A DNA stretch of 32,000 nucleotides, taken from NCBI RefSeq assembly GCF_900232105.1, contig NZ_LT934425.1:1230001-1262000 (forward strand). The letters run 5' to 3'. Within the stretch, counting starts at the first letter, position 1. Each line of letters opens with the position of its first letter. A program made the translations under genes and the position numbers. Shown in pieces: positions 18,358-27,814 of this stretch. This stretch comes from Candidatus Kuenenia stuttgartensis. GTDB taxonomy: Bacteria > Planctomycetota > Brocadiia > Brocadiales > Brocadiaceae. The notes under the pieces were generated by a model. It did not search any database. It saw only the letters and a list, made by a program, of their open reading frames with translations, and had not been told where the DNA came from.

Positions 18358-18487
18358 GTAGCTATTCAGCGTAATTTATCAAACTACCGGGGGTGCAGAG
18401 CGCAACTCGTTCTCAAACAGATACTTCACTACGTTCAGTACAAGGTTTTGGGAACGAGCCGTGTATCGTTTACGCTGAATAGTTACC
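18358..18487. mobile_element. MITE-like element, family B, longer copy (130 bp)
   Basis: Ends gtagctattcagcgtaa (18358-18374) and ttacgctgaatagttacc (18470-18487) are inverted repeats; same family as 26920-26990. Confidence 0.8.
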
Positions 18488-18499
18488 AAAAAGATATTA

Positions 18500-18673
18500 T
18501 TAGTTTTCTGTGTGGATTTCATCAGCTTTTTTAATGAAACTTACAATTTTTTTTGAGCTTTCGTTTTGTCGCTTTCTATAATAATCTACAATTTTCTTAA
18601 TATCGTAATTAAATTTGGCGGCGTGTTTTTCACGATACTTATGAATCTCTTCTATTATTGGATCATTATACAT
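18500..18673 (-). CDS. Small ORF (57 aa), candidate antitoxin partner of the PIN protein
   Basis: Manually translated: MYNDPIIEEIHKYREKHAAKFNYDIKKIVDYYRKRQNESSKKIVSFIKKADEIHTEN*. It starts 3 bp after the PIN stop and is below the ORF-track length cut-off. Confidence 0.7.
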   Translation of the reverse strand: MYNDPIIEEIHKYREKHAAKFNYDIKKIVDYYRKRQNESSKKIVSFIKKADEIHTEN

Positions 18674-18676
18674 TTT

Positions 18677-19150
18677 TTATTCTCCTAATAATTCTTCTGG
18701 AGTACAGATTATCGGAGCGATATAACCATTATCAAATATTACTTTCTCAATTAATGGTCGCATTTTCGCATTTGCTATATGTTTACAATTCCAGGTTAAT
18801 AAATAATTCATATTATGGATTGATGCTATAGAAATATGTAAAGAATCTACCACGGCTTTAGGAGGTAAGCATTTCTTATCCATTAAAGCTTCTGATAAAC
18901 CAATAATATCATTTGTGATATCAAGTAAAGCTATTTTATTTAATTCCAATAATCTTTTTTGTGCTGCATCGGGGTCGCCTGCTTCGGCTTCATCGATTAC
19001 AAATTGTGAAGTGAATAAATCAAATTCATCTCGATGAGTAGACCACCAATCGTATGTAATTTGTTGATGAGCGGCTATAATAATATCACGACTCGGTTTA
19101 GAGGTTAGATAGCTTATAATACTTGTCTCTATGTACAGTTTCTGATTCAT
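18677..19150 (-). CDS. PIN-domain VapC-like toxin
   Basis: LYIETSIISYLTSKPSRD...VIDEAEAGD...VVDSLHISIASIHNMNYLLTWNCKHIANA. Confidence 0.86.
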   Translation of the reverse strand: MNQKLYIETSIISYLTSKPSRDIIIAAHQQITYDWWSTHRDEFDLFTSQFVIDEAEAGDPDAAQKRLLELNKIALLDITNDIIGLSEALMDKKCLPPKAVVDSLHISIASIHNMNYLLTWNCKHIANAKMRPLIEKVIFDNGYIAPIICTPEELLGE

Positions 19151-19190
19151 GGTTAAATTATACTATTATTATCAACTATATTCTTAAACA

Positions 19191-19260
19191 GCTAACGTCT
19201 GCGTTCAGGTGCGGCTGGCACGAGCAGCGGGACAGACGTCACCTGCAACGCATTGTTAGC
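19191..19260 (-). other. attC-like recombination site (integron cassette type)
   Basis: Minus strand GCTAAC-AAT-GCGTTgCAGGTG-...-CACCTG-AACGC-AGAC-GTTAGC: paired outer and inner boxes, one extrahelical base in the L''-like box, 70 nt, starting directly after the mrr stop. Confidence 0.68.
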
Positions 19261-19262
19261 AG

Positions 19263-20138
19263 TCAATCTCTAAACCTCTCAAAATAGCTTAGATCGACGT
19301 CATAAACTGTCCGCTTTTTAACTCCAAGCTCAACGCGCTGAAACATTTCGACCAATTTTGCACCATCAACAAGTTCAACTTTTGGCGCACCCTCTCGATT
19401 GGCTTCAACTACTGCCGCGTTGGTAAATGAAGATGTTGTAATGATGATTCCTTTCTCGGCTCTTCCGATCATGGCATTTCTAAAGTCGCCCACTTGTGAA
19501 CGACCAACCAAGTTGCCATCCGCGTATCGCTTGCACTGAAACAATACTTTGAAACTTACGAACGGATTGATCTCCAGTGTGCCGAAGCCATCTATGCCGC
19601 CATCGGCTGAACCTCCCGTGATCTCGACATTTTCAAATCCTGATTCACGCAGGAGTTCCTGAGACACCTTCTCGAAGCCGAGCGGGCTCAATGAGCGCAG
19701 AATAGCGATCAGGCTCATTTTCTGATCTGCTTGCGGTGTGTCCGGGGTGGGTGCTTCCTCTTCCGTTGCTTCACCCTGCTCCGCCGCTTTTTGTTTCCTG
19801 TTCTCGGCGTGGATCGCGACCCATTTCTTGAATATTTCGGCTGCCTGAGCATCAGAAATGTGTGCTGTACGACCCTTTTCCGTGAGCGTCCATGTGCCGT
19901 GCTTGGACGATTTGAGCATTCCCTCCCAGACCAGATACTGCCTCGCCCAGGCAACCTGATTGTGAAACCTGCTGTCACCGGACTTCAATGTTTCGTCCAG
20001 CACCTCGTCTGTGAGGTTAAGATTCTTGGCTATACGGTCCGAAACTTCTCGCGGCCTACCGGAATCTCCAAGGTCACGGAGCGCGTCAAGAAGTGGTCCA
20101 AACCACTTTACAAACTCGGCATTTGATTTACGCGTCAT
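19263..20138 (-). CDS. mrr: Mrr-like type IV restriction endonuclease (winged helix plus Mrr_cat)
   Basis: N-terminal Mrr_N-like VSDRIAKNLNLTDEVLDE...FHNQVAWARQYLVWEGML; catalytic GFEKVSQELLRESGFENVEITGGSADGGIDGFG...FKVLFQCKRYADGNLVGRSQVGDFRNAM. Confidence 0.92.
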   Translation of the reverse strand: MTRKSNAEFVKWFGPLLDALRDLGDSGRPREVSDRIAKNLNLTDEVLDETLKSGDSRFHNQVAWARQYLVWEGMLKSSKHGTWTLTEKGRTAHISDAQAAEIFKKWVAIHAENRKQKAAEQGEATEEEAPTPDTPQADQKMSLIAILRSLSPLGFEKVSQELLRESGFENVEITGGSADGGIDGFGTLEINPFVSFKVLFQCKRYADGNLVGRSQVGDFRNAMIGRAEKGIIITTSSFTNAAVVEANREGAPKVELVDGAKLVEMFQRVELGVKKRTVYDVDLSYFERFRD

Positions 20139-20386
20139 TGTTGTTTTCTGACTGCTAACTTTATATTAGACTTCCCAAATATCATATTAATTTACGGCAA
20201 TTATGAGATATATTTTTATTTGTATACATTACTGCTAAGTGCTTGCAGCACGACTTTTCAGTTTTTCAATATTAGATAACAGTTTGATTTCCTGTAATAT
20301 TTCCATACAAGCTTATAATTGACCAATGACTAATGACTAATAAGGTACTAAATGGGCTGCTTCCTTGTGTATTGCCTCCTGTCTCA

Positions 20387-23300
20387 TCACTTGTAAACAA
20401 AAAGCAGATCCCTGGCCTCTACATTGTCTCTTGGTTTCACCAGCACCTTACTAATCTCGCCATCGTGCTCTGCATAAATGGTTGCTTCCATTTTCATCGC
20501 CTCCATAATCAGGAGCGGATCATTTTTGGCAACTTTATCACCTGCTGATACTTTTACTTTAACAATCATGCCTGGCATAGGCGCTCCGACATGCTTGCTA
20601 TTCCCCTCCTCTATTTGGGGATGTCTGATGATTGAAGCGGCAATTTTACGATTTGCAATAACAACTTCACGCGGCTGGCCGTTCATTTCGAAGAATACCG
20701 TGCAATTCCCCTCCTCATTTACCGTACTTATTGCTACCAGTTTGAAAATCAGGGTTTTCCCTTCTTCGATTTCAATATAGATTTCTTCATGCATGGGCAT
20801 GCCGTAGAAGAACACATTCGTAGGAATGACAGATACATCATCATATTTCTTTCTGTGTTCTGCATATTGAAAGAAGACTTCCGGATACATTAAATAAGAC
20901 ATAAGCTCTTCGTTGGAGATATTCCTGAAGATACAGGACTCTACTTTTTCTTTCACCTCTTCAAGGTTCACAGGTGGAAGATTAGCGCCCGGCCTTTCCG
21001 TATAAGCAGGCGCTCCACGCAATATTTTGTACTGTACTTCTTTAGGAAAACCTCCCGTGGGCTGGCCAAGGCGTCCCTCAAAAAATTCAACAACAGAGGT
21101 CGGAAATGAAATATCTTTTTCGTTGTCGAGAATATCCTTTGCCTTCATATTATTCGTGACCAGAAAAAGCGTCATATCCCCGACCACTTTTGAAGAGGGG
21201 GTTACTTTTACAATATCGCCAAAAAGCTGATTCACCTCTGCGTAAACATCCGTAATTTCGCGCCACCGGTGCGCCAATCCCATTGAGTGCGCCTGTTGGA
21301 AAAGATTGGTAAACTGTCCCCCAGGAATTTCATGATGGAACACCTCTGCGGTACATGCCTTTTGGATGGATTCAAATGGCGCATAGTATTCCCTGACCAC
21401 TTCCCAGTAATCCGAGAGCAGTCCGAGTGCTTTAAAGTCCATGCCGGTGCTGCGTTCGTGAAACCGCAGCATCTCTACCAGTGTATTCAAATTGGGTTGA
21501 GATGTTAATCCGGAAAGGGGTCCCATAGCCGCATCCACAATATCTACTCCAGCCTCTGCTGCTTTTATAAGGGTGGCAATCTGTCCGCCGGAAGTGTCGT
21601 GCGTATGCAAATGTACCGGAATGTTTACTGCCGACTTCAAAGCGCAAACAAGCTCATAAGCAGCGTAGGGCTTCAGTAGTCCTGCCATATCTTTTATTGA
21701 CAGCATATGCGCTCCCAGTTCTTCCAGTTCTTTTGCCATTTTCACATAATAGTCAAGGGTATATTTCGTGCGTTTCGGGTCAAGTATATCACCGGTATAA
21801 CATATCGCCGCCTCGCATAAGGCGCCGGTTTCCAGAACAGCATCCATCGCCACCTTCATATTCTCAGCCCAGTTAAGAGAGTCGAAAACACGAAACACGT
21901 CTATTCCGCTTTCAGCCGCCTGTCTGATAAATGCATTGACAACATTATCGGGATAATTTGTATATCCCACGCCATTGGAAGCCCTGAGCAGCATTTGAAA
22001 GAGTATGTTGGGCACAAGTTTGCGCATGGAGCGCAAACGATCCCAGGGACACTCCGTAAGAAACCTCATCGCAGTATCAAAGGTTGCTCCGCCCCACACT
22101 TCAATTGAAAAGAAATCGGCATGGTTCTTTGAGTATACCTCAGCAATTTTCAACATATCGATAGTTCTCATGCGGGTTGCAAGCAGTGACTGGTGTGCAT
22201 CACGAAATGTAGTATCTGTCAATAACAGTCGTTTTTCATTGCGAATATGCTGAACAAATTTTGCCGGTCCCATTTCAAACAGCATATCACGGGCGCCTTT
22301 AGGCCTTGATTCTTTATGGTCAACTGTGGGTACCGGCGCTTTGCGGCGACATACGGATTTCGGAAGTTCTTTGATAAGTGGATGGCCGTTGACAAGGACG
22401 TCTCCTAAAAAACGCATAATAAGCGTAGCACGGTCCCTGCGCCGGGAAAAACGGAAAAGGTCTTTGTTCTCGTCAATAAAACGTGTAGTGCACTTTCCTT
22501 TCAGGAAATCTTTGTGATTTATAAGATTGATGAGGAACGGAATATTAGTTTTTACGCCGCGAATCCGGAATTCATCCAAAGCCCTGTCCATGCGGTTAAC
22601 TGCATCCTCAAAACAAATTCCGGACGCTGTAACCTTCACGAGCAGAGAATCGTAATAGGGGGTGACAATGGCTCCGGAAAAGGCGGTTCCTGCATCAAGG
22701 CGAATGCCCATACCGCCGGCAGAACGGTAATGCTGAATACGTCCGTAATCAGGAATAAACGCATTGGAAGGATCTTCTGTGGTGATCCGGCTTTGAATGG
22801 CGACCCCCCTGGTTTGGATTGATTCCTGGTTTGGTATCCGGATTTCAGGTGAATCAAGGGGAAACCCTTTGCTGATCAATATCTGTCTTTTGACAATGTC
22901 GATATCGGTTATTGTTTCCGTAACGGTGTGTTCAACCTGTATTCTTGGGTTGATTTCAATAAAATAAAATGTGTTTTTTTCCGTATCGAGAAGGAATTCC
23001 ACCGTGCCGGCATTATCATAATTTACCGATTTACATATTTTTACCGCCGCGTTACAGATGTCTTGCCTGACGGACGCATCAAGATGCTGTGCCGGGGCTA
23101 TCTCTACAACTTTCTGATGGCGCCTTTGAAGGGTACAGTCTCGTTCATAGAGGTGTACAATATTTTTATGTTTGTCTCCCAGTATTTGCACCTCAATATG
23201 ACGCGCCTTTTCTATGTATTTTTCAATGAAGCATTCATCGTAGCCAAAGGCCGTCATTGATTCGCGCTGCGCTTCGTTAAGGCGGCCTACCAATTCAGAT

Positions 23301-23836
23301 TCGCCCAGAACGATACGCATTCCCCGTCCGCCGCCTCCATTGGCAGCCTTAATGATAACCGGGTATCCCACTTCACGGCAAAAGGCCTTGGCTTCATCCG
23401 GGTGCCTGATAGGGTATTTATTTCCGGAAAGTATTGGGACCTGAGCCTGGCCGGCTATCTGCCTGGCGGATATCTTGTTGCCAAGCAGCTCAAGTATTTC
23501 CGAACGTGGGCCTATAAAGACAATGCCAGCTTTTTCGCATGCGCGGGCAAAGCCAGCATTTTCAGAGAGAAACCCGTAACCCGGGTGTATGGCGTCTATC
23601 CCCTTGTCTTTGGCAAGTTGAATGATTCCTTCTATATCCAGATACGCTTTAACGGGATCTTTGCCTGTGCCTGTCTGATATGCTTCGTCTGCTTTAAACC
23701 GATGAAGTGCGAAACGATCTTCATGGGAATATATTGCTACAGTCCTTATGCCCAATTCGTGCGCTGCACGAAAAACACGTATTGCTATTTCACTACGGTT
23801 GGCAACGAGTAGTTTTTTAAATCTTCTGATTTCCAT
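20387..23836 (-). CDS. pyc: Pyruvate carboxylase (single-chain BC-CT-BCCP)
   Basis: MEIRRFKKLLVANRSEIAIRVFRAAHELGI biotin carboxylase; LLTDTTFRDAHQSLLATRMRT carboxyltransferase; biotinyl motif IMEAMKMEAT. The track ORF starts at 23890. Confidence 0.97.
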   Translation of the reverse strand: MEIRRFKKLLVANRSEIAIRVFRAAHELGIRTVAIYSHEDRFALHRFKADEAYQTGTGKDPVKAYLDIEGIIQLAKDKGIDAIHPGYGFLSENAGFARACEKAGIVFIGPRSEILELLGNKISARQIAGQAQVPILSGNKYPIRHPDEAKAFCREVGYPVIIKAANGGGGRGMRIVLGESELVGRLNEAQRESMTAFGYDECFIEKYIEKARHIEVQILGDKHKNIVHLYERDCTLQRRHQKVVEIAPAQHLDASVRQDICNAAVKICKSVNYDNAGTVEFLLDTEKNTFYFIEINPRIQVEHTVTETITDIDIVKRQILISKGFPLDSPEIRIPNQESIQTRGVAIQSRITTEDPSNAFIPDYGRIQHYRSAGGMGIRLDAGTAFSGAIVTPYYDSLLVKVTASGICFEDAVNRMDRALDEFRIRGVKTNIPFLINLINHKDFLKGKCTTRFIDENKDLFRFSRRRDRATLIMRFLGDVLVNGHPLIKELPKSVCRRKAPVPTVDHKESRPKGARDMLFEMGPAKFVQHIRNEKRLLLTDTTFRDAHQSLLATRMRTIDMLKIAEVYSKNHADFFSIEVWGGATFDTAMRFLTECPWDRLRSMRKLVPNILFQMLLRASNGVGYTNYPDNVVNAFIRQAAESGIDVFRVFDSLNWAENMKVAMDAVLETGALCEAAICYTGDILDPKRTKYTLDYYVKMAKELEELGAHMLSIKDMAGLLKPYAAYELVCALKSAVNIPVHLHTHDTSGGQIATLIKAAEAGVDIVDAAMGPLSGLTSQPNLNTLVEMLRFHERSTGMDFKALGLLSDYWEVVREYYAPFESIQKACTAEVFHHEIPGGQFTNLFQQAHSMGLAHRWREITDVYAEVNQLFGDIVKVTPSSKVVGDMTLFLVTNNMKAKDILDNEKDISFPTSVVEFFEGRLGQPTGGFPKEVQYKILRGAPAYTERPGANLPPVNLEEVKEKVESCIFRNISNEELMSYLMYPEVFFQYAEHRKKYDDVSVIPTNVFFYGMPMHEEIYIEIEEGKTLIFKLVAISTVNEEGNCTVFFEMNGQPREVVIANRKIAASIIRHPQIEEGNSKHVGAPMPGMIVKVKVSAGDKVAKNDPLLIMEAMKMEATIYAEHDGEISKVLVKPRDNVEARDLLFVYK

Positions 23837-24208
23837 TAAAAATCCTTCTACTGACAAGCATGATCGTTTTATATGATTGTTTTTAGGCAATAGCGGCTTT
23901 CATATCTGCCCATTTTCCATTTGTTTTATAAAGGTAAATACTATACCGGATGCTTCCTTCCCTACTACTCTTCGTTTTTCATCATAGTATTTTTAATCAT
24001 AAAATAAACACTATTTTTATTAATAATCAATTTATTTTGCCCTACGCCCCTACGTAGATTTTGCAGTTTTTGTAACAAGCGTAAAAACCGCGAAACAAAA
24101 GGAGGATAAGAAAGCTTCGTAATGCGTTATTCATTAGCGTCTATTTACGTCTATTCTCGGTTAATAAAGGAACCGCCAATGAACGCCAACAAACGCGAAT
24201 CTGTAAAT

Positions 24209-24245
24209 TTCATTACACGGTTAAATTAATCCGTAATTTTAAGTT
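24209..24245. repeat. 37 bp dispersed repeat, copy 1
   Basis: ttcattacacggttaaattaatccgtaattttaagtt is near-identical (1-2 mismatches) to the reverse complement of 27611-27647. Confidence 0.85.
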
Positions 24246-24571
24246 AGCTCTTTTGGTTGATTCCCCTCCATCAAAAGGAATGCGACATCGTCCAGTACTA
24301 TTTATGGCATGTATTTCACTTGTAGGAAATGTGTACGTATCAATGATTGTTTCAGAAGGGGGGGTTCTTTTTGGCCATGATAGTAGTTTGTGTATAGTTT
24401 TGAGTTCAAAATATAATAATAATGTTCACACAGCAAAAGCAATAGCGCAAGACAAAACTCCGGGTCATGAAAGAGTTCTCGTAACACTTTTTAAATATTG
24501 ACAATGGAATTGCGTTGTCTATAATGCACGCATAATTTTACCCTATAAAAATTAATACAGGATGAGAAATA

Positions 24572-24793
24572 ATGGTGGATTGGAGGAACCACATTGTAAG
24601 TACATCGGATGTGCTTAGGGGAAAACCCAGAATTAAAGGAACCAGAATACCGGTTAGCCTTATCCTTGGGTATTTGGCTGCTGGCGAACCTCTTGAAAAA
24701 ATTATGGCGGAATTTCCTGGTATTACTAAGGAACAAATAGCAGCTTGTCTGGATTATGCCCGCGAGCTTTCTGAATATGAGGTAGCCGTTTGA
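24572..24793 (+). CDS. DUF433-family antitoxin-like protein
   Basis: VSTSDVLRGKPRIKGTRIPVSLILGYLAAGEPLEKIMAEFPGITKEQIAACLDYARE. Confidence 0.9.
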   Translation: MVDWRNHIVSTSDVLRGKPRIKGTRIPVSLILGYLAAGEPLEKIMAEFPGITKEQIAACLDYARELSEYEVAV

Positions 24794-25074
24794 TGGCGTT
24801 GAGATTCCTTGAGGATCACTGTGTTTTCAATTTTATAATCTAAACACTTCTGGATGCTGGTTTCGAAGTGTTTAGATTAAGGGATTATGCTTCTCCGGAT
24901 GCGGTTGACCAAACTGTAATTTCAATAGCGCAGGAACTCGATTCTATTTTGATTTCTTTGGATGGGGATTTTACAGATATAGTAAATTACCCTCCCGCAA
25001 ACTACAAAGGCATTATCTCTCTACAAGTAAGAAATCATCCTGGTAACACTTTTAACAATACGAATCAACCTTAA
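24793..25074 (+). pseudogene. DUF5615 PIN-like toxin gene with in-frame TAA at codon 17
   Basis: Overlaps the DUF433 stop as TGATG. Manual translation: MALRFLEDHCVFNFII*TLLDAGFEVFRLRDYASPDAVDQTVISIAQELDSILISLDGDFTDI... Confidence 0.8.
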
Positions 25075-25090
25075 CCACTATACACACATT

Positions 25091-26551
25091 ATGAATACCC
25101 CAGAGCCGCTTATCTTTGAAAAATCTGTTCCCAACAGAAGATGTTTTAGCCTGCCCGCCTGCGATGTGCCGGAAAGCCCAATAACACAGTTAATTCCTCA
25201 AAAAATGCAAAGGAGCCGGAACCCCAACTTTCCCGAAGTATCGGAAATTGACATAGTGCGGCACTTTACAAAACTTTCCCAAATGAACTATTGCGTTGAC
25301 ACGCATTTTTATCCGCTGGGTTCATGTACCATGAAATACAATCCGAAGATTAATGAAGATGCCGCAAACCTGGAAGGTTTTACAAGGCTACATCCTTATC
25401 AACCGCAAGAACAATGTCAGGGTATTTTAAAAATACTCTACGATCTGGAACAGATGCTTGCAGATATATCAGGTATGCCTTGTTTCACATTACAACCTGC
25501 GGCGGGCGCCCATGGTGAATTAACAGGTATGCTGATAATTCAGGCATATATGAAGAAGCAGCGGGAAATCAGAAATACCATTATTGTGCCCGATTCTGCC
25601 CATGGAACAAATCCTGCCTCCGCTGCCCTTTGCGGCTACCGTATAGCATCCGTCCAATCAGACGCCAACGGACTTATCGATGTTAAAAAATTGAAACAAA
25701 TGCTGTCAAATGATACAGCGGCTCTCATGGTTACCAACCCCAACACCCTAGGTCTTTTTGAAAAAGATATACTTGAAATAAGTAAAATCGCCCACGATGC
25801 CGGAGCGCTGGTTTATTGTGACGGCGCCAACATGAATGCGCTTCTGGGCATAGCACGTCCGGGAGACATGGGGGTAGATATTTTACACCTTAATCTGCAC
25901 AAGACATTTTCTACCCCTCATGGAGGAGGCGGGCCTGGGGCGGGTCCGATAGGGGTTTCAAGGGCATTAGAGGTATTCCTCCCTATACCACGAACAGTAA
26001 AAAATGAGGATGATTCATATGCATTAACGTATGATTTCCCGGACTCAATAGGAAGGGTCAGGGCTTTTTATGGTCATGTGGGTATAATGATTCGGGCATA
26101 TACGTACCTGTTGTCGTTAGGAAAGGAGGGGATAATAAAAACGGGGGAAAACGCCGTCTTAAACGCCAATTACCTGAGAAACATCCTTTCAGAATATTAC
26201 GAAATACCGTATGGAAAGACCTGCATGCATGAATTTGTCATATCCGCAAAAAAACAAAAGGCACAGGGCGTTTCCGCTTTGGATATTGCCAAAAAATTAT
26301 TGGATTACGGTTTTCATGCCCCTACGATTTATTTCCCACTAATCGTGGAAGAGGCTTTAATGGTGGAACCGACAGAAACTGAGTCACGGGAAACACTGGA
26401 TGCGTTTGCAGGCGCAATGATTGAAATTGCCGGCGCAATTGCACAAGCGCCGGAAACCGTGCGTAATGCACCGCAAAAAACGAGAATCGGACGCCCTGAC
26501 GAAGTAATTGCCGCCAGAAATCCAAAATTAAGGTGGAAAGGTACCGGGTAG
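25091..26551 (+). CDS. gcvPB: Glycine dehydrogenase (decarboxylating) subunit 2
   Basis: FYPLGSCTMKYNPK, QPAAGAHGELTGML, PDSAHGTNPASAA, and PLP-lysine motif LNLHKTFSTPHGGGGPGAGPIGV. Confidence 0.96.
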   Translation: MNTPEPLIFEKSVPNRRCFSLPACDVPESPITQLIPQKMQRSRNPNFPEVSEIDIVRHFTKLSQMNYCVDTHFYPLGSCTMKYNPKINEDAANLEGFTRLHPYQPQEQCQGILKILYDLEQMLADISGMPCFTLQPAAGAHGELTGMLIIQAYMKKQREIRNTIIVPDSAHGTNPASAALCGYRIASVQSDANGLIDVKKLKQMLSNDTAALMVTNPNTLGLFEKDILEISKIAHDAGALVYCDGANMNALLGIARPGDMGVDILHLNLHKTFSTPHGGGGPGAGPIGVSRALEVFLPIPRTVKNEDDSYALTYDFPDSIGRVRAFYGHVGIMIRAYTYLLSLGKEGIIKTGENAVLNANYLRNILSEYYEIPYGKTCMHEFVISAKKQKAQGVSALDIAKKLLDYGFHAPTIYFPLIVEEALMVEPTETESRETLDAFAGAMIEIAGAIAQAPETVRNAPQKTRIGRPDEVIAARNPKLRWKGTG

Positions 26552-26919
26552 GCTTTAATGTGAGATTTACGAAGGATTCGGCGGCCTGGGTTTTGCATCA
26601 AAACTGGCTGGCTCGAAAATAAGACTACAAAAAATAGCTCAAGTACATGTACCGCAATATTATATGGTTATAAAACCATTTTCATAGTTTCTGTGTGTTG
26701 CAAATGAAACATGATGACTGTTTGGTGGATTCGGTGCGAAAAAGCCGCACCTTAATCCACCATAAACGTTTGAAACACCAAACGAAACAACATAGTCTTT
26801 GCAAGCATGTTATATTAACCCTGACAGGGTTCTTTCGTATTCAGGTTTTTGTATTTGTAATGAATTGTGCTTTGGATTGTCTTTCAGATAGGTTAATTGT
26901 TTTTAATGCCTCTTCTTTA

Positions 26920-26990
26920 GTAACTATTCAGCGTAATTTATTAAACTACCGGAGATCAGAGCCGTGTATTGTTTACGCTGAATAGTTACC
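26920..26990. mobile_element. MITE-like element, family B, short copy (71 bp)
   Basis: gtaactattcagcgtaatttattaaactaccgg...gtttacgctgaatagttacc; inverted ends. Confidence 0.8.
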
Positions 26991-26998
26991 AATGAAGA

Positions 26999-27538
26999 CT
27001 ATTTTGCCACCTTGTAGGCAATAACATTTACCAGTTCAATTTGATACGTCTTGTTCAGGTCTTGTATGCCAATTGCTGCACGGGTTGGACATGATTTGAC
27101 AAATTCCTTATACACGGCGTTCATCTCTCCCCAGTAATCCATATTTTTAAGGAAAATAATTAAATTTACTATTCTATCTGGCTTTGAGCCCATGGCTTCC
27201 AATGCGGTTTTCAGGTTTGAAAAAACCAGTTTAAATTGTTCTTTTGGAACCAGACTAGGCACTTCACCCGACGCATCAACAGGTATAAAACCACCGCAGC
27301 GTATTTTAATTGCCCGGATTTTTGTAAGTCTGACCATGTCCTCTTCAAAGTAATCGCTCATCAACCCTACTTGCCGTTCAGGTTGCTTCCCGACGTTTTT
27401 CAGAGAATCCCTTAGTATAAGGTCTAATAATGTGTCTCTTTCTTTAAAAGACAACTGCAAGGCTTTGTCAATGGGTAATGCATCTAAATCAGCTAAAGTT
27501 AAATTTGCCATTTTTCCCCTCTTTTCGTTAAAAGACAA
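26999..27538 (-). CDS. RidA/YjgF-like protein with N-terminal extension
   Basis: Middle and C-terminus: FSNLKTALEAMGSKPDRIVNLIIFLKNMDYWGEMNAVYKEFVKSCPTRAAIGIQDLNKTYQIELVNVIAYK, the YjgF/UK114 pattern. Confidence 0.75.
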   Translation of the reverse strand: MSFNEKRGKMANLTLADLDALPIDKALQLSFKERDTLLDLILRDSLKNVGKQPERQVGLMSDYFEEDMVRLTKIRAIKIRCGGFIPVDASGEVPSLVPKEQFKLVFSNLKTALEAMGSKPDRIVNLIIFLKNMDYWGEMNAVYKEFVKSCPTRAAIGIQDLNKTYQIELVNVIAYKVAK

Positions 27539-27610
27539 AACAAAATATAATTCAATACCAGAAGAATGAGCATATTTTCATACTGCCAGGGGTTAAACCC
27601 CATAAGCGTT

Positions 27611-27647
27611 AAGTTAAAATTACGGATTGATTTAACCGTGTAATGAA
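27611..27647. repeat. 37 bp dispersed repeat, copy 2 (inverted)
   Basis: aagttaaaattacggattgatttaaccgtgtaatgaa. Confidence 0.85.
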
Positions 27648-27674
27648 TAACGAACAAGTTGCCCGGCAATATTA

Positions 27675-27720
27675 ACCGGTAGATATACGGGTATGGAGGA
27701 TTGCCCGTATAACTACCGGT
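27675..27720. repeat. Hairpin accggtagatatacggg ... cccgtataactaccggt
   Basis: 17 bp arms with one mismatch and a 12 nt loop. Confidence 0.85.
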
Positions 27721-27814
27721 ATATAAATTACACCGTTAAAGCAGAGACGCACGGCTGTGCGTCTCTGCATTTTGATTGCGGCTTTGCTGCGTTATGATGC
27801 AACAAATGGTAACG

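Noticed and set aside
18358-18487. Second attC site downstream of the PIN/57 aa pair
   Set aside because: Its ends are simple perfect-type inverted repeats shared with 26920-26990, without the R/L double-box architecture, and they match the MITE family instead.
20387-23890. Many plus-strand ORFs antisense to pyruvate carboxylase
   Set aside because: Expected shadow ORFs of a long, strongly conserved coding sequence.
24253-24736. Track ORFs 24253..24501 (+), 24302..24487 (-) and 24491..24736 (-)
   Set aside because: Short overlapping ORFs on both strands with no convincing family signature; the last is antisense to the DUF433 gene.
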